Of a stretch of 64,000 nt of DNA, positions 13,679 to 28,092 are shown in pieces; the first letter of the stretch is position 1; every line of letters starts with the position of its first letter. Where the stretch lies: NCBI GenBank assembly GCA_964057225.1, contig OZ059899.1, positions 5,890,001 through 5,954,000 on the forward strand, read 5' to 3'. This DNA is from Auanema rhodensis. Its lineage: Eukaryota; Animalia; Nematoda. Made by a program: the position numbers and the translations under genes. The notes beneath the pieces were generated by a model that was given only the letters and a program-made list of their open reading frames with translations, did not search any database and was not told where the DNA came from.

Positions 13679-16599
13679 ATGCTGACAAGGATTGTAGCTC
13701 TTCTGCTACTTCTTTTCTCTATAAACATAGTTGGTAAACTTAAAACTTTTTTGTTTTCTCTTAATTCCAATAATATATTCAGATGCTAAGTCTGATACAT
13801 GTGAGGAATGTGAAGTTGGAGTAACTTTACTTCATAGAAAATGGGGGCAAAATGCAACTGCAACTTGTACTGGTACGCTTATAAGAAGTTAGTAACGAAA
13901 GTGATTTATCATTGAAAATTTAGTTGAAACAGCAATTTGGATTTGTCAAACTTTTGAAATTGAAGATAGTTTTGTATGTGATCATATTGTTGGAGAATTT
14001 GCGGTAAGTTATATAATAAAACTAATTATAAAGCTTAAATTAGGATGAATTTATATATGTTGTTGGTCAAGTAGTTGTTGAACCTCATCAAATCTGTGGT
14101 TTAATAATAAAAGGTATAATATTTTAATTTAATTAATTATTATATAATAATAATAATATAATTAAAAATATTTAAATTTAGATTGTGGAACGTTTATTGA
14201 TCCATTAAAAGTTAGCTGGACTATACCTATTCCTGGAGGACAACCAACTCCAATTGATAAGAAAACTATTCCTGTATGTATATCTATATAGATAATATTT
14301 GAAACAAAACTTAGTTCAAATTTAAAGTTTTTTAAAGAAAAAATAGAATTTTAGACTGGAAAGCCTACTTTACGTGTTTTACATTTAACTGATGTTCATA
14401 TGGATACTCAATATCAAGTTGGGCAAGAAGTAGATTGTAAAGAACCACAATGCTGTCGTGTACCAGGAGATCCATCAGTATTTTCAATTATATCAAAGAA
14501 TATAACATATTCATATGATTTAGGAACTTACCGCTTCTTCTAAGATATCAGTTCCAGCTGGTAAATGGGGTTCAGTAGGAAAATGTGATTTACCATATTG
14601 GACATTTCAGAATATGCTATCATTTATACAAAATAATCATAAAGATGTAATATATTTTATTATAAATAATAAAATAAAATATATTTTTTTAGTTAGATTA
14701 TGTGGTTGTTTCTGGAGATTTGATGTCTCATGCTGTTTATGAATATGATAAATCAACACATGCTGCTATGGTTAAGAATATATCAGATTCAATTCGACAG
14801 TAAGAAATATTTAAATAATAATTTAATTATATATTTATTTTTATTTTTATAAAAATAATATTTCTATTTATAGACATCTTCCAAATGTTCCAATCTTCTT
14901 TTCTGTTGGTAATCATGAAGGAGTTCCTATTGATAAGTAAGTTATAGATATCAATTTTCAAAATTATCAATTAATGAATAGAATTCAAGATAATATTTGT
15001 TTGTTTTTTGTTATATTAAAAAAACAATTTTATGTAATATACATAAATATATATTAAACTATTAGTTGTTTTTTAGTTTTGCTCCACACAGTGTTCCAAG
15101 AAAATTTCATATGGATTGGTTATATGATGCTATGGCAAGTGCTTGGCATGATTGGGTACCACAAGATCAAATGAAAGTCATGAAATAGTATGAAATCACA
15201 ACAATATTTATTAATTTATTTAAAAAAAATTAATTAATAATGAAAATTATAATAATTGTTTAGTATGGGATGCTTTATGGTAAAGCTGTTTCCTGGATTA
15301 CGTCTACTATCTTTGAATAATCCATTAGGTGGTGATGCTATAAACTTGTATGTTTTTAACTATATAAGATATAAATTATTAATATTATTTATTTTTCAGC
15401 TGGTTAACTATTAATGATACAGATCCAGATGGTACAATGTCATGGGTAATAGAGCAATTATTAGATGCTGAAAAAGCTGGTGATAAGGTATAATTTATGT
15501 TAAATTATTATTTATTTTTAATAAAATTATATATTTTGTTAAAACAAAATCTAGAAGATTTTGAATTTAAAAAAAAACTTTATTTTTTATTTTTTTTACA
15601 ATTTTAGGTACATATCGTATCACATATTCCAGGAGTTGATTCTGAATCTCGTGAAGGATGGGCTATAAACTATTACAAAGTTATTAATAGGTTAATTATA
15701 TATATTATAATTAATTAAATTTAAATTTTATTAGATTCCAAAATACAATTAGTGCTCAATTCTTTGGTCACACTCATTATGATACATTCTATATGGTATA
15801 TGAAAATCCTGAAGTATGTTAAATCTTATAAACAACATATAATAATAAAAAGTTGTTTAGGATGCAACTTCACGTCCAACTGGAGTTGTTTATTCAGCAC
15901 CTTCACTTACAACCTATTCAGAATATAATCCAGCTTATAGAATATATACAATTGATGGAAAATATAAAGATTCTACTTATGTAATATTATTCATTCAATT
16001 AATAATTTAAATATTTTATTATAGGAAGTTATTGATTATGAAGAATGGTTTTTGAATATTACAACTGCTAATATGAATCCTAATCAAGATCCTGTATGGG
16101 AACAATTATTTTCAAGTATTAATAAAGAATATGGTAAATATAATTTTTATTTTTTAAAATTTATTAATTATAAATTTATATAATTAAAGGTCTAATATCT
16201 CAAGCACCTTCTGAATATAATAAATTGTTGAATCGTATGGCTAAAGATGATTCTCTTTTTAACAAATATCGAAGGTTAGTTATAATTAAATATTATAATA
16301 AATATGTTTTTCTTATAAAATATCTTAGAAATCATTATCGTCGTAATGAATATGATGGACTAAAACCATGTAATGAAAAATGCAAGAAGAATATGTTGTG
16401 TGAATCTCGCCAATTTCATCATGAGAAGAAACTTTGTGCAGATTTGGGAGGTTAGATCTTTAATTCTTAAAAGAAACTTTAAAAACAAAACTTTTCAGAA
16501 TTTGAAATAATTCAACCAGAACCAAAATATAGAAAGAAAGCTAATAATCGTGAATTATTAAAAAATTATGTAAGAAAAGATGATAAATGTATTATTTAA
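13679..16599 (+). CDS. Acid sphingomyelinase, copy 2, divergently transcribed from copy 1
   Basis: MLTRIVALLLLLFSINIV..., CEECEVGVTLLHRKW, LHLTDVHMD, SGDLMSH, VGNHEG, HIVSHIPG, FFGHTH, NPAYRIYTIDG, ending DDKCII*. Intron positions match copy 1. Confidence 0.92.
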
Positions 16600-17079
16600 A
16601 TTTAAATTTAAATTATATTATTGATTTATTATTAGTACATTTATATTTTTTTTTAATGAAAAATTGAAAATGTATATAAAGAATTTTTATAAATTATTTG
16701 ATTTTTAAAATAGTTTCTTATCATTCTTTATTGTCTAGATCAGGAACATAAAATTATTTCGTTTAAGAAAGAATAAAATGAATAAAAATAAAATAATTAT
16801 CAAAATATTTTATTGAATAAGTTTAATAATTTTTGTACTTTTTTACATTTTTAATGAAATAATTAGAACATTGATTGTTTTCATAACAATTCAAAGTTTT
16901 CATGAATTATTTAGATAAAACTGTATCAAAGCATCAGTAGGAAATATGATAACAATTTATAAAAAGAATCATAGAACGAGTACATTCCAATATCAAAGTT
17001 TTTTAAAGTTTTTATTAAAATTTTATTACAATAAATATAATTATAATAAAATTATTGTAACAATTTCATTTTCATTGAA

Positions 17080-18303
17080 TTATTTGGATTGGTTCATCTG
17101 AAATTTAAAAAAATATATATTTATATTGAATTATTATAATCAAAAATCTAAATGATTTATTGATTTTCCACGTAATATTTAAACGTGGATTTTTTGAAAT
17201 TTTAATTTGTTGTCTTATCAAAGAATGGATGCTAAAATGATTATTTAATGAATTTTCAATAAGCAAAAAATGTTTTTTGCAAACTTTTAAATTGAAAGAA
17301 CGTACATCTTGATGAGTTTGCTGTTGCTGATATGAATAACTTCGTGTTAAAGTTAATTCAGAAGGATAAGGTGTATGAACAGTAGCTAGATCATTCACAC
17401 GATTTCGATCACAATTCAAAGCAATTATTACAATTAACATAATTAATATAATATTTAATATAATTGTTAATATCTAAATATATATTATATTATATATTTA
17501 AATAAAAATATATAAATATATACCAGAACTGCTATAATACGTTGATGCATATCATTATGATAATTATCCTTATTAGTTAAACAAGCTATTTCAACTGCTG
17601 TACTTAACATTACAAGAAATAAGCAAATACAAATAAGAAAAATGGTCTGAAATATTTTAATTATTTTTTTAAAATTGAAAATAATTTTTTTTTAGTTTTA
17701 TAATTATTGTGAATTTATAAATCTTACTATTCGTTTACGTTGCGTTGGTTCTTCGTTTACGTTTGAACAACTTAATGAAAATATAATTATAAATAATATC
17801 ATTGAAAGAAATAATAATAAAATCAATAATGAATGCCATATATAATCCTAAAAAGATTTTTTCTTAGAATTTTATTTTATATATAGACATTTATTTTTTT
17901 TAATTTAAATTAGCGTTGAAAAACTGCGCAACACGAGCATTCCAGTCAGAAAAGAAATCACTTGAACAATATTTTTATATTTTTGCTAAGGAATACTTGA
18001 AGTATTTTCAATCAAATTGTCTGATTTCATTTTTTAATTTTTGTTTCATCTATGTCGCGCAATTTTAAACATCTACTGTATATTATTATTATTATTATTA
18101 CTTTATAATAAATTTGAAGATGTACATCACCATGATTTGTCCAATGAATACTGCATACTAATACAGATGCACCATTTACAATCTATGTATAAGTTAAGTT
18201 ATTTTAATATTTATTATATTTTAATTTATAAAATAATTATCATAATACTTACCATACCAAGTAGATTACTTACTCCAAATAATGTTAATGTTGACGATAA
18301 CAT
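17080..18303 (-). CDS. Small four-TM membrane protein (about 185 aa, MARVEL/tetraspan-like topology), 6 exons
   Basis: In-phase exons: MLSSTLTLFGVSNLLGM | IVNGASVLVCSIHW...YYK | DYIWHSLLILLLFLSMILFIIIFSLSC...RKRI | TIFLICICLFLVMLSTAVEIACL...RIIAVL | ILTIILNIILIMLIVIIALNCDRNR...FNLK | MNQSK*. Confidence 0.7.
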
Positions 18304-19174
18304 TGGTATTTAACGGTTAAATTAAATTGAAAATGATGGGGTAAAAGGTTTAAAATCAGTATTTATGTCTTTAAAGCTTTACTTAGTCGTCTTAAACTCA
18401 TCATTCATGCAATAGAATGTGTATTATTTAAAGGAAATATTAGTTCTGTTGTTTTAAAGATGTTCCAACTTGAAAAAAGATCCATAAGCTATTCTTTAAG
18501 AAGAAAAATATTATTTTTAGTTTAAAGGAAATAAAGATATTTGATTTTTCTTTTTTTTTCTTTTAAAATGTTTATGTTTTGTATCCCTTATGTTGTTGTT
18601 TGAATATCATATGAAGTTACAAATTTTCTTTTTCTTTATATCTTTTGGTTGACAAAGTTTAATATGAGATTTGAATGAATGATATTGTTAGATATTCATG
18701 TTTATATCATAATATGTTGTTATAGTTAGTTATTTCAAAGTTAATAGAAGCTTGCAATGATGGAGAAAATCGAAAATGAAATCAACAAAGCGATTGCTGC
18801 GTTTCCGTTTTCATTATTCCAACATCGTGAGGAAAAAAAATTGAATTGAAGAAAATTCGTGACAAAAAGAAAGTTGACTCTACAAGGAAGAACGATAACC
18901 AATGTCTTGAATCAACTTAGGATTACGATGAACTACCTTTAATTCAAAAATTCCTTTTTCTTTGATATTATGTTATATTTGAAATATAAATTAAACATTT
19001 TATAATATTTAGTATAAATTGAATTGAGATAATACCGGTCTCAAGCACTGACAACAAAGGAGGAAATCACAGTTGAATCATACACATATATAAACTTATA
19101 TATGTATGTATATATATATATAACAATAATATTATTATTTAAAAGAAAAATGAATAATTTTCAAACATTTAAGT

Positions 19175-22100
19175 TCAAAATATTTTAAAAATCGGAGATT
19201 GTAGATGGTTTTTCCATTTTTCTCATAACACTTGGCTTATTCATTTGTTCTTTTTTACTATTTAATGGAACTGCAACAATGGGTTGACGAACAGATGTAT
19301 CTGAAATAAGATCTAGATGTTATATTTGAAAATATTTCTGTTTATACCATTATCTTCATCCATTTTATCAAGAACATCCTCAATTCCAGGTAATAACATA
19401 CGAAGATCTTCACATTTTCCTGTATCAACATTTGGAATATAATGTCCACAACAGCATAAGCATTTGTGGTTAACACTAGAAATATTTTATATGATATAAA
19501 CTATTTGAATTGTAAAATATCTTACCTAGCACATGTTGTTCCGTGAATCAAATTTGCTAAGAATTGACGACCTTCTACTTCTGGTCTCTTATTGAATGAT
19601 GGAAGGCTATTCATCTTTCCTTCATTTTTATTTTCATCTTGAATATCAAAACGCATACGATGGAAATATAGCTTCTTTGGCTCAAATTCTGAATTATTGT
19701 TCTCTGAGAGATTTGATGAACCTGTGTTGTTGAAAGATTTGCCAAATGGCATAGGTGGGAGGAAAGGTCTTGGTCCAAATGGACGGGGTGGGAAGTGTCT
19801 ACGATGTCCAGACGGTCCGAATGGGAAGTCATTGTGAGGTCCGAATGGTCTTGGTCCGAATGGTCTAGGGGGGAAGTATCTTCCATGTCCTGAGGGTCCG
19901 AATGGGAAGTCATCATGAGGTCCGAATGGTCTTGGCCCGAAAGGTCTAGGAGGGAAATGTCTTCCATGTCCTGAGGGTCCGAATGGGAAGTCATCATGAG
20001 GACCGAATGGTCTTGGCCCGAACGGTCTAGCAGGAAAGTGTCTTCCATGTCCAGTTGGTCCGAATGGGAAGTCATCAGAAGGACCGAATGGACGTGGGCC
20101 AAATGGTCCATGTCCGAATGATTCTTGTGGGACCGAAGCATCAGAAGGTCTTCCATATTCCTGATTTTCATTGTCGTTGAACATTTGGTAATGATCTCTT
20201 CTGCGTCTACTATTAATAACATCCTGTCCTTCTGGTCTGAATGGAAAATCGTTTGATGGCCCCCTTGGTTTTTGTCCCGCAAATGCTGTGCGTCCAGATC
20301 CACCTGGTCCTCGTCTTCCTTCTGGTTTGAAGAAGAAATCGTTTGATGGGCTGCCTGGTCTTGGACCTCTGAATCCTTCTGATGCTCCAGCATGTCCTGG
20401 ACTATGACGTCCTTCAGAACCAAATGGGAAATCATCCGATGGTCCAAATGATCCTGGTCCAGCAGTTCTTGAATGACCTGCTCCTCCAGGACCGCGGCGA
20501 CTTTCCGGTCCGAATGGAAAATCATTAGTAGGGTTGAAAGGTCTAGGTCCTCTGAACCCGGTTTCTCCAGCATGTCCCGGTCCACGACGTCCTTCTGATG
20601 GGAAGTCATTTGATGACGAGAATGATCCTGGGCCAGCAAATCGTGGACGACCCGCTCCACCTGGTCCTCGACGGCCTTCGGGTGAAAAAGGTAAATCGTC
20701 AGGAGAACCGAAGGATCTTGGTCCTGTAAATCCAGGGAAGTTTCCTGGTCCACGACGTCCTTCACTGGCAAATGGTAAATCATCAGATGGGGTATATGGA
20801 CGTGATCCTGAAAATCCGGATCTCGTAGCTCCACCAGGTCCACGTGCTCCTGGTCCACGACGTTGATGAAAATCTTGATTATACAAGAGTGAGTCAGTCA
20901 TTTTGTTATAATATGCTAAATCAAGAGGAGAATAATCCAGATTGAATCCAGAATCTCTCTTGAATCGGATATTTTCAGGCTTGCCGTCGAGTTCAACCAT
21001 CTTCTTCATTTCCAAAAGTTGGGTAACGAATTTCTGAATAAGTTTATATATGCTTTATAAACTTTGAAAATGTGGAAAAACAAACTTTGTACTGCTTCTT
21101 TTGGATCATTTGATTCAACTGATTCAAACGATCAGCCTTTTGAAGGAAAAGTGGTGGTGGACATCCTCCCTTTTCTTCATTAATAATACAAGCATCACTA
21201 TCTCCACAATCTTCAGATACAGGTCTAACTTCTTTTAATCTGAAAAAAAAAAATTATTGCGATTCTTGTGTTATGTTTCCTACGGGCAGAATCTGCTTGA
21301 GGAACTTGTTTCATTACGAATACGGCACTCAAAGCTTCTTGAGCAGAAACCACAACGTTGTGGAGCACCACGACGTTTGAACTCATCAACAATCATGTTA
21401 TATCCTTCCATGACTTTAGCTTCAACAAACTAAAAGACAACTTGATCTGTTATTTGATATTTGACATGGTCGGCGTGAAACTTTTCGTTTTTATTGAAAA
21501 CTATCCTTTTTGAAAACTTTTTTTGTTTGTATATTGACCTTTGTCTTATACTCAGCAAACAATGAACATTTCTCTAATGTTTTCAAACAAGAAAAACTTC
21601 AAAAATGGTTATATTTATGATTTTTAATATTGAGTTTACCTTTTTAAGATAGTTAGGCCATTGCTTCTTAACGGGGACAACTCGGCAATTAAGAGGTAAC
21701 TCCTCTAAAGTTTGGTTAGGCCAGAAACAACTAGCCTATAACATTGAAGATAAGATATATTACAAAGATTTTTAATTATATGATACCTTTTGCCATTCAC
21801 TCCATCTTTCACATCTCTCTTCTGGACGTGGTGGATAAGGACGTGAACCGGGTGGGAATGGACGACGGTCAGGATGTCCAGGTCGGAATGGGAATGGGAA
21901 TGGAGGGAATCTGTTGTGACGACGACCAGGTCTGGGCCCAAATGGTCCGGGGAACCGACGATTTCCCAAGAATCGACCGGGTGGCTTTGGTGATGACGGC
22001 TCTGAACTATCTTCAGAATCGGAAGAATCATCCGATTCTGTTTCTTGTTGGGTAGGCATAAGTGGAGGAAGGTTTTCATCATCGCTAGGTGGAATCGGGT

Positions 22101-22248
22101 CAGATGAAGCAACTTGTTTAGCTGATTCAACGTTAAGCTCTTTATTATTTGGTACAAGACTATATATAGTTAAAACATCTGGTAATGAATCATCCTTTTG
22201 AGCTGAAGCTAGGTAGCATATACCCACAGTTAATAGAAGTAACTTCAT
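19175..22248 (-). CDS. Large secreted protein (about 870 aa): nematode-type Cys framework interrupted by Pro/Gly/Arg/Phe/His repeat arrays; 7 exons
   Basis: Signal peptide MKLLLLTVGICYLASA, then CERWSEWQK|ASCFWPN...WPNYLKK|FVEAKV...RCGFCSRSFEC...FCP|...CGDSDACII...GGCPPP, a 1.5-kb repeat exon (about 19526-21033), TTCAS VNHKCLCCCGHYIPNVDTGKC, and ...PIFKIF*. All junctions are in phase. Confidence 0.85.
19765..20110 (-). repeat. Coding tandem repeat, about 81-bp unit (GHGRHFPPRPFGPRPFGPHDDFPFGPS), about 4 copies
   Basis: Visible in both the DNA and the 497-aa ORF. Confidence 0.9.
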
Positions 22249-24132
22249 TACCTAAAATAAAATAAGAAAAATGTAGAAATATAAGAATATTTAGAGAAAA
22301 ACGAATAAAATGAAAATCTTAAAATCTTTGTAAAGAAGGAAATGGATTCAATCTCTCTGTCTAAGGCTAACCCATACCCTTTTATACGACAATCAAGTCT
22401 TTTGTATAAATAGAGACGTGACTTTGAGAGAGTAGATGATCTTGAGCTGGCAGGACAAAGAAAAAACAGAATATGTGGCCCAATCGGTACACAAAACGGT
22501 TTGTACGTGAACATCAGATGCAGCATGTGGTTAGCACCGTTCTAAACATTATTCGTGTGAGGTACATACAGATGAAATATGAAAAAGACGGAATTCATTA
22601 TATAGATATATACTATTAATATATTATAATTAATAATAGTTTAATATGTTTATACATATATTATTTATCTGTTGCTGATCATATTATCACACATTCTTCA
22701 TACTCTATCGTCATTTCCTTTAACTAACTTCCGTAATCTTCATTTTCTCGAAGAGATTGTCGCCTAAAATAAACATGACGTTTAGTAAATAAGAAACGTT
22801 AGTAAAGGTCATCAATGAACATGGTCATTTATATTATTTTTGTAAATATTTTTACTTTTTTTAGTTAAAATTTTTAATTTTCATATTAAAAATTAATGAA
22901 ATAAGAATCTCATATACATGTATGTGTATACATAAATCTATCTATCTATTTATCCATCTATATTTATATAATAATAATAATAAAATATAAATATAATTTA
23001 ATAAATTTATTTTTAAAATTTAAACAAATAAAAAGTTTTCTTACAATATTGTTCAAATGAATTAATTCTCTTACAATCTTAAGTTTCTCTATATGTTTTC
23101 GATGACTCATTGCACGCGATGATTAAAGAATGATAATTTGCTTTTCAAATATGAAAGTGTTCTTGTTCTTTCTCCATCTTTAAGAAGTAATTTTCAATGT
23201 TTTATCTTTTTTTTCTGAGAAAAGGAAATATTATTTGAATGTTCATTGGCCAAGTTATATTTAGATTGTGATAACAAAGTTTTTTTTAAAGTTGTATACA
23301 GTATACAGTATAGTATAAGTAGTTTAAATATAGTTAATGATATTTATATTATATATTATTTAACATTAATTATTTAAATAAATATTTATTTTAAAATAAA
23401 TAAAATAAAAAAATATTTTATATATTTGATGATGTGAAACTTTTTTTTCAAAATTTGTTGTAAATGACATAATTAATCAGTTGTTTTTCATTTGTTTTAA
23501 AATCATTTATGTCTTATAATTCATATAAATCTTGTTTTAATTCAGAAAATATTGTAATTCAATGAGTTATGAGCATTTTATGTTAGAAGTTGAGTGACAT
23601 GCTCAGGTTGACAGAACGACTTGTCAAGGGAGGTGGGGTATTCATACTTCTCTCTTCAAAAGATAATTTTTGATATGTTGTGATCATAAATGTTAGTTAG
23701 TTAAAACAGGCGGACATTAGGCTAGATACAAGCTGAATAGAATGTTAAGATCGAAGAGAATAGATGATTCATAAAGAGAAAAGAATGTGATATTGATAGT
23801 TGTTAGCAGAGAAAGAGGGAAATGGGAATGATCATCAGTTTGATTTTTATCTCTATATCTCTCACCAACTTCTTCGTGTTGTTCTGCTTCTTCTTCCGGC
23901 GGTTCTCCTCACTTTCTGTGGATCTGAGGATACATAACTCAACCTCCCACTCGACCCAGCTGTCCGCCTACTGGCTTGTTCAAGATATAGGTCTTCGTGT
24001 AAAGAATCTGTAAAGCATTCACAAGCCTAAACTGCTAAGGTCATCAGTAATACCTACTTCTAAGCTCTAATATCATTTTATAAATATTTCTTCACACACT
24101 ATCTGATATTCTTCATTAGGAAACATTCTAAT

Positions 24133-25985
24133 ATGGGTTGGCGACTAGCTTGGAAGGATCCTGATGGTCCAGCGTTAGTTCAATTTTCATTTAACTGATT
24201 GTACAAGAATTTCTATTTTCAGAAATCATCTTGAATGGGCACCTCCTTTACGTGTAATTGCTGTAGTCACTCTTCTTGCATCTACACTAGATCTAATGGC
24301 AGATTTCTTAGTTTGTTCAAGGTAATCTAAGATTTTCTGATCATTTTCAATAATTTTTCCTATTTTTCTATTTAGAATTGCGGAATTCTTGAATAATTTT
24401 CAAAGTCAAACAGCTATTTATGCTGCTTATGGCTATTTCTTCTTTACAGGTTTTATTATACATAGTTAATAGAATTAAAATAATTGAATATTATAGGTTT
24501 ATCTGTATTTGTTTATGTTTTTGAAATGGTAGATGTGTGCAAAACTCTAAAATATGATGAAGAAAATGTATTTTATGCTCGACTTGCTAAAAGTCTTGTA
24601 TTAGCACTCGAAGAAGTCAGTTAATTTTCTTTTCATTTCAAATAATTGCGCCTATGCTTCTAATTTTTGAAGCTTAAACATTTGAACTTGAAACAAAGAC
24701 GTCTGGTATGCTGATAAGTTGGAATCAATTAATCAAAAAATGTTCTTTCGAAAGTTGATGATAACTGATCATTTTATACTTTTAAACATTTTTTCTTTTA
24801 CAAAATAATCTAAAGAAGTTAGATTAATACTTCTTTAGAATATATTCTTTTGAAAAATAAGTATTTGATTATTTATTTCTTTCAAATTATTTTATAACTC
24901 ACAATTCAATACCAAAAATATTAAGTACAATGATATATAAAATATTATCTTGTTAACATTTATTTGAATGATCACATATATATCTTTGAAAATCGAAATT
25001 TTCTCATTGAATTAGCTCATTTAATGTTTAAAAGTTGATAAATAGCTAACAACAAACGTTCAGTTTTCTATTGTTGGCAAGGTGAGAGAGATAGAGAGAT
25101 TTGAGACAACCTTCTGTTTTCAATATTTATCTAGAAAAAGTTCCAATTTTTTTCATTGAAATATATATATTTGAGCTTATTTTAAATCAAAACATCTGAG
25201 TTTAGTCAGTTTTCTCGTATAGCAATCAAAAAAAATTTTTTTTAAATAATGAACTTTGGCTAAAATGCTGTGGCTGTTCAGGTCATGACTGGATTTTAAG
25301 TCACGATTTCAGCTGCTTGTCTGATCACAAATAGCTTCATCAGTTATTTTTTTGAAAACGTTGTGATGTAATGAATAAGTTTTCAAAGAAAGTTGAGAAG
25401 ATTTGAACTAAAGGTTGAGAAATTATGGATGGAACTTAAGCTTAATGAACAATTCTTGAAAAATAACAATTAAATTCGTTAAAGCATGAGTTCACTTAAA
25501 ACTAAATTAATTTTCTAAAACTTTACAAGCATACTCAATAAACTTTGTTTTCAATTTTTAGGTACCATGTCCTTCATTTTTGAACATTTTATTTACAAAT
25601 GAGCCTCGATTATCATTGGCTAATCCAGTATATTTCTCATCATGTATCAAACTGGTTGCATTGCTCTGGGGTATTATAAAGTTCACAAAATTGAGATTTT
25701 TCTGGCCATGTTTACCATTTAATCCTAAACATGATACAAGGTTAGTTGAAGTTTATTTTTTTATGATTTATTGAAGATTTAAAAAAAACTTCAAATATAG
25801 TTTAAACGTACTTTTATAATTTTTTTTGTTTCAGAGAAAATGTACGAAGATGCTTTACTTTTAATTTATATCGATGCAGTATGATCTTTGTTAATATCTG
25901 TCATATTTTAGCAATATTTTTGGTTATTAAGAATATTATTGCTAGTAAAGATGGTGGTAGACCGATTGTTGTTCGAGATCAATAA
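24133..25985 (+). CDS. Multipass membrane protein (about 220 aa), possibly XK-related-like; 6 exons
   Basis: In-phase exons: MGWRLAWKDPDGPA | NHLEWAPPLRVIAVVTLLASTLDLMADFLVCS | RIAEF...YGYFFFT | GLSVFVYVFEMVDV...SLVLALEE | VPCPSFLNILF...PKHDT | RENVRRCF...GRPIVVRDQ*. The family suggestion (DxxxD in TM1, EExP) is tentative. Confidence 0.75.
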
Positions 25986-27486
25986 TATATAATTTTATAT
26001 TATATAAATTAATAATTTAGGACAAAAAAAAAACAAAATAAAACAAGATTCATTATAAATTATGATCTCAAATATATTTAATATATATATATATATTGAT
26101 TATATTATAAAATTCTAGTTAAATCTATATATATATATATATATATAGTTTATAAAAATAATTATGTATATGTTGTATATTGAATTTCCTAATAATGACG
26201 GTTATATTTAGTATTAATAAATATAAATAAATTTCTATTTCTTACTTCTTTTTTCTTAAATCATTACGTACTCTTCAACTTATTCTTTTAATTGGAACCT
26301 ATTTTTCTTAGCCAATTTTTTTGAATAAAAAAAAAAAAAAAGACTTCCGGTGCTGGGCTCATTGAGTTTAATGAGATTGACGATGTGCATCGAAAACCAA
26401 CAAGCAAACTGAAAAAAAGTGGTTGAAGGTCTAAGGAACGAAAAGGATTACTATGATGAAGTAGAGAAGACCTAAATCTCTGTCCATACATGGACATTCA
26501 ACTTCAACTAATTTCTCTAAGTTCTTGCAATCTTTACTCTGTTTGACTAATCCTTTTTACTTTTAGGTTCATTTCCCATCACAAACTATTTTTTTTCTTG
26601 AGAAAAGACAAGCCCCACCAAAGGAATGAATCGTTTTTAGCTGTTCCTCTCAGAATCTCTCTTCCTTTCATTCATTCATTCACTCTTGTCTTCTGATTTA
26701 TCGACATAATCATTCATTTCATCATCATCGTCATTTGTGTCCTCATTATCCTTAAGACAATATTATTTTCTTGAAATACGAAAAGCTTATATTGTGATTA
26801 CATCATAACTAATGCTTAAGGTCTTCTGTCATATGGAATGTTTTGTAAAGGAGTTCGATTTCATGTGAATATTTTCTTCTTTTTTCTTTCTTTATTTTAC
26901 TATTTCAATATAATTATATATTATTATTCTTTTAAATTATATTTTAATAAAACTTTAATAAAAATTAATTTATTTATTATCTTTCGTCAATCTTCAGGAT
27001 TTACTAAACTGCTTTTACTAGCTCAATGAAAAATGAAGATGAGGGGTATTATAGTTGACTGACTTTAATGGCAAATGTAAGAAGACAGACTCATTTTTTT
27101 CATTTTCAAAATGATATTCTATATATATATATAATATTTCTTCTTTTCATTTATATAATTTACTTATTATTTTAATTTTATATCATTAATCATTATACAA
27201 TTTATATTATATATTTAGGTTATTTGACATAAATCAATATTCCAAGAAATCTTTTTAATACTTTCATTCAAAAAACTTTTTGATCTATTCAGATGTTCGT
27301 AAACTATTCAACGTGGTTATTCAAACTGCAGGTGGTTATGAAGTTTTTAGTTTATGATTTGATGAAGCTCATTTTCTTTTCTTCTTCTTCTATCTTTCTT
27401 TCACACTCTTCTAACCTTACACTACTATCTGTATTTTCATTATTATAAATTCTTTTCAAATCTTCAAGCATTTACTCTTTATTATC

Positions 27487-27624
<138 letters not shown>

Positions 27625-28019
27625 TGCTACTTTTGTACATTCTTGTTCATTTTCTCAGCTACTAGTTCCGGTTCTTTAGGTGTACTTCTTAAGCGAAGCA
27701 TATACACCTTTAGAGCTTTCCTTTTCAAATTTTATGCAAAATCTTTTCATTTGCTTTTGAGCTATCTTAAGAATACTCTCTATAAACGTTTCTTTCATTT
27801 CTAATAAACCTTAGCTTAGAAATAGAACTAGTGACGACATTGTGAAGTTGACAGCTAAAAATCGTTTGACAATTTAAATTGAAAGTTTTCAATAATTGCT
27901 TTACTCATAGTTTTTTTTATGTTTTTTCTTCTTTTTCTTTTCATTATGAACATTTTCTTTTAAAAATAGAATAATGTGCATACCTTTATCTTATTATTTC
28001 AAATAAAATGAATTCTTGA

Positions 28020-28029
28020 AGAATAAGAA

Positions 28030-28060
<31 letters not shown>

Positions 28061-28092
28061 AAGAAGAAGAAGAAGAAGGAGGAGGAGAAGAA
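28020..28092. repeat. (GAA)n trinucleotide repeat
   Basis: Seen directly. Confidence 0.95.

Noticed and set aside
19611-20866. 415-aa alternative-frame ORF and 110-aa antisense ORF over the repeat exon
   Set aside because: Shadows of a GC-rich repetitive coding exon, with no independent splice or signal support.
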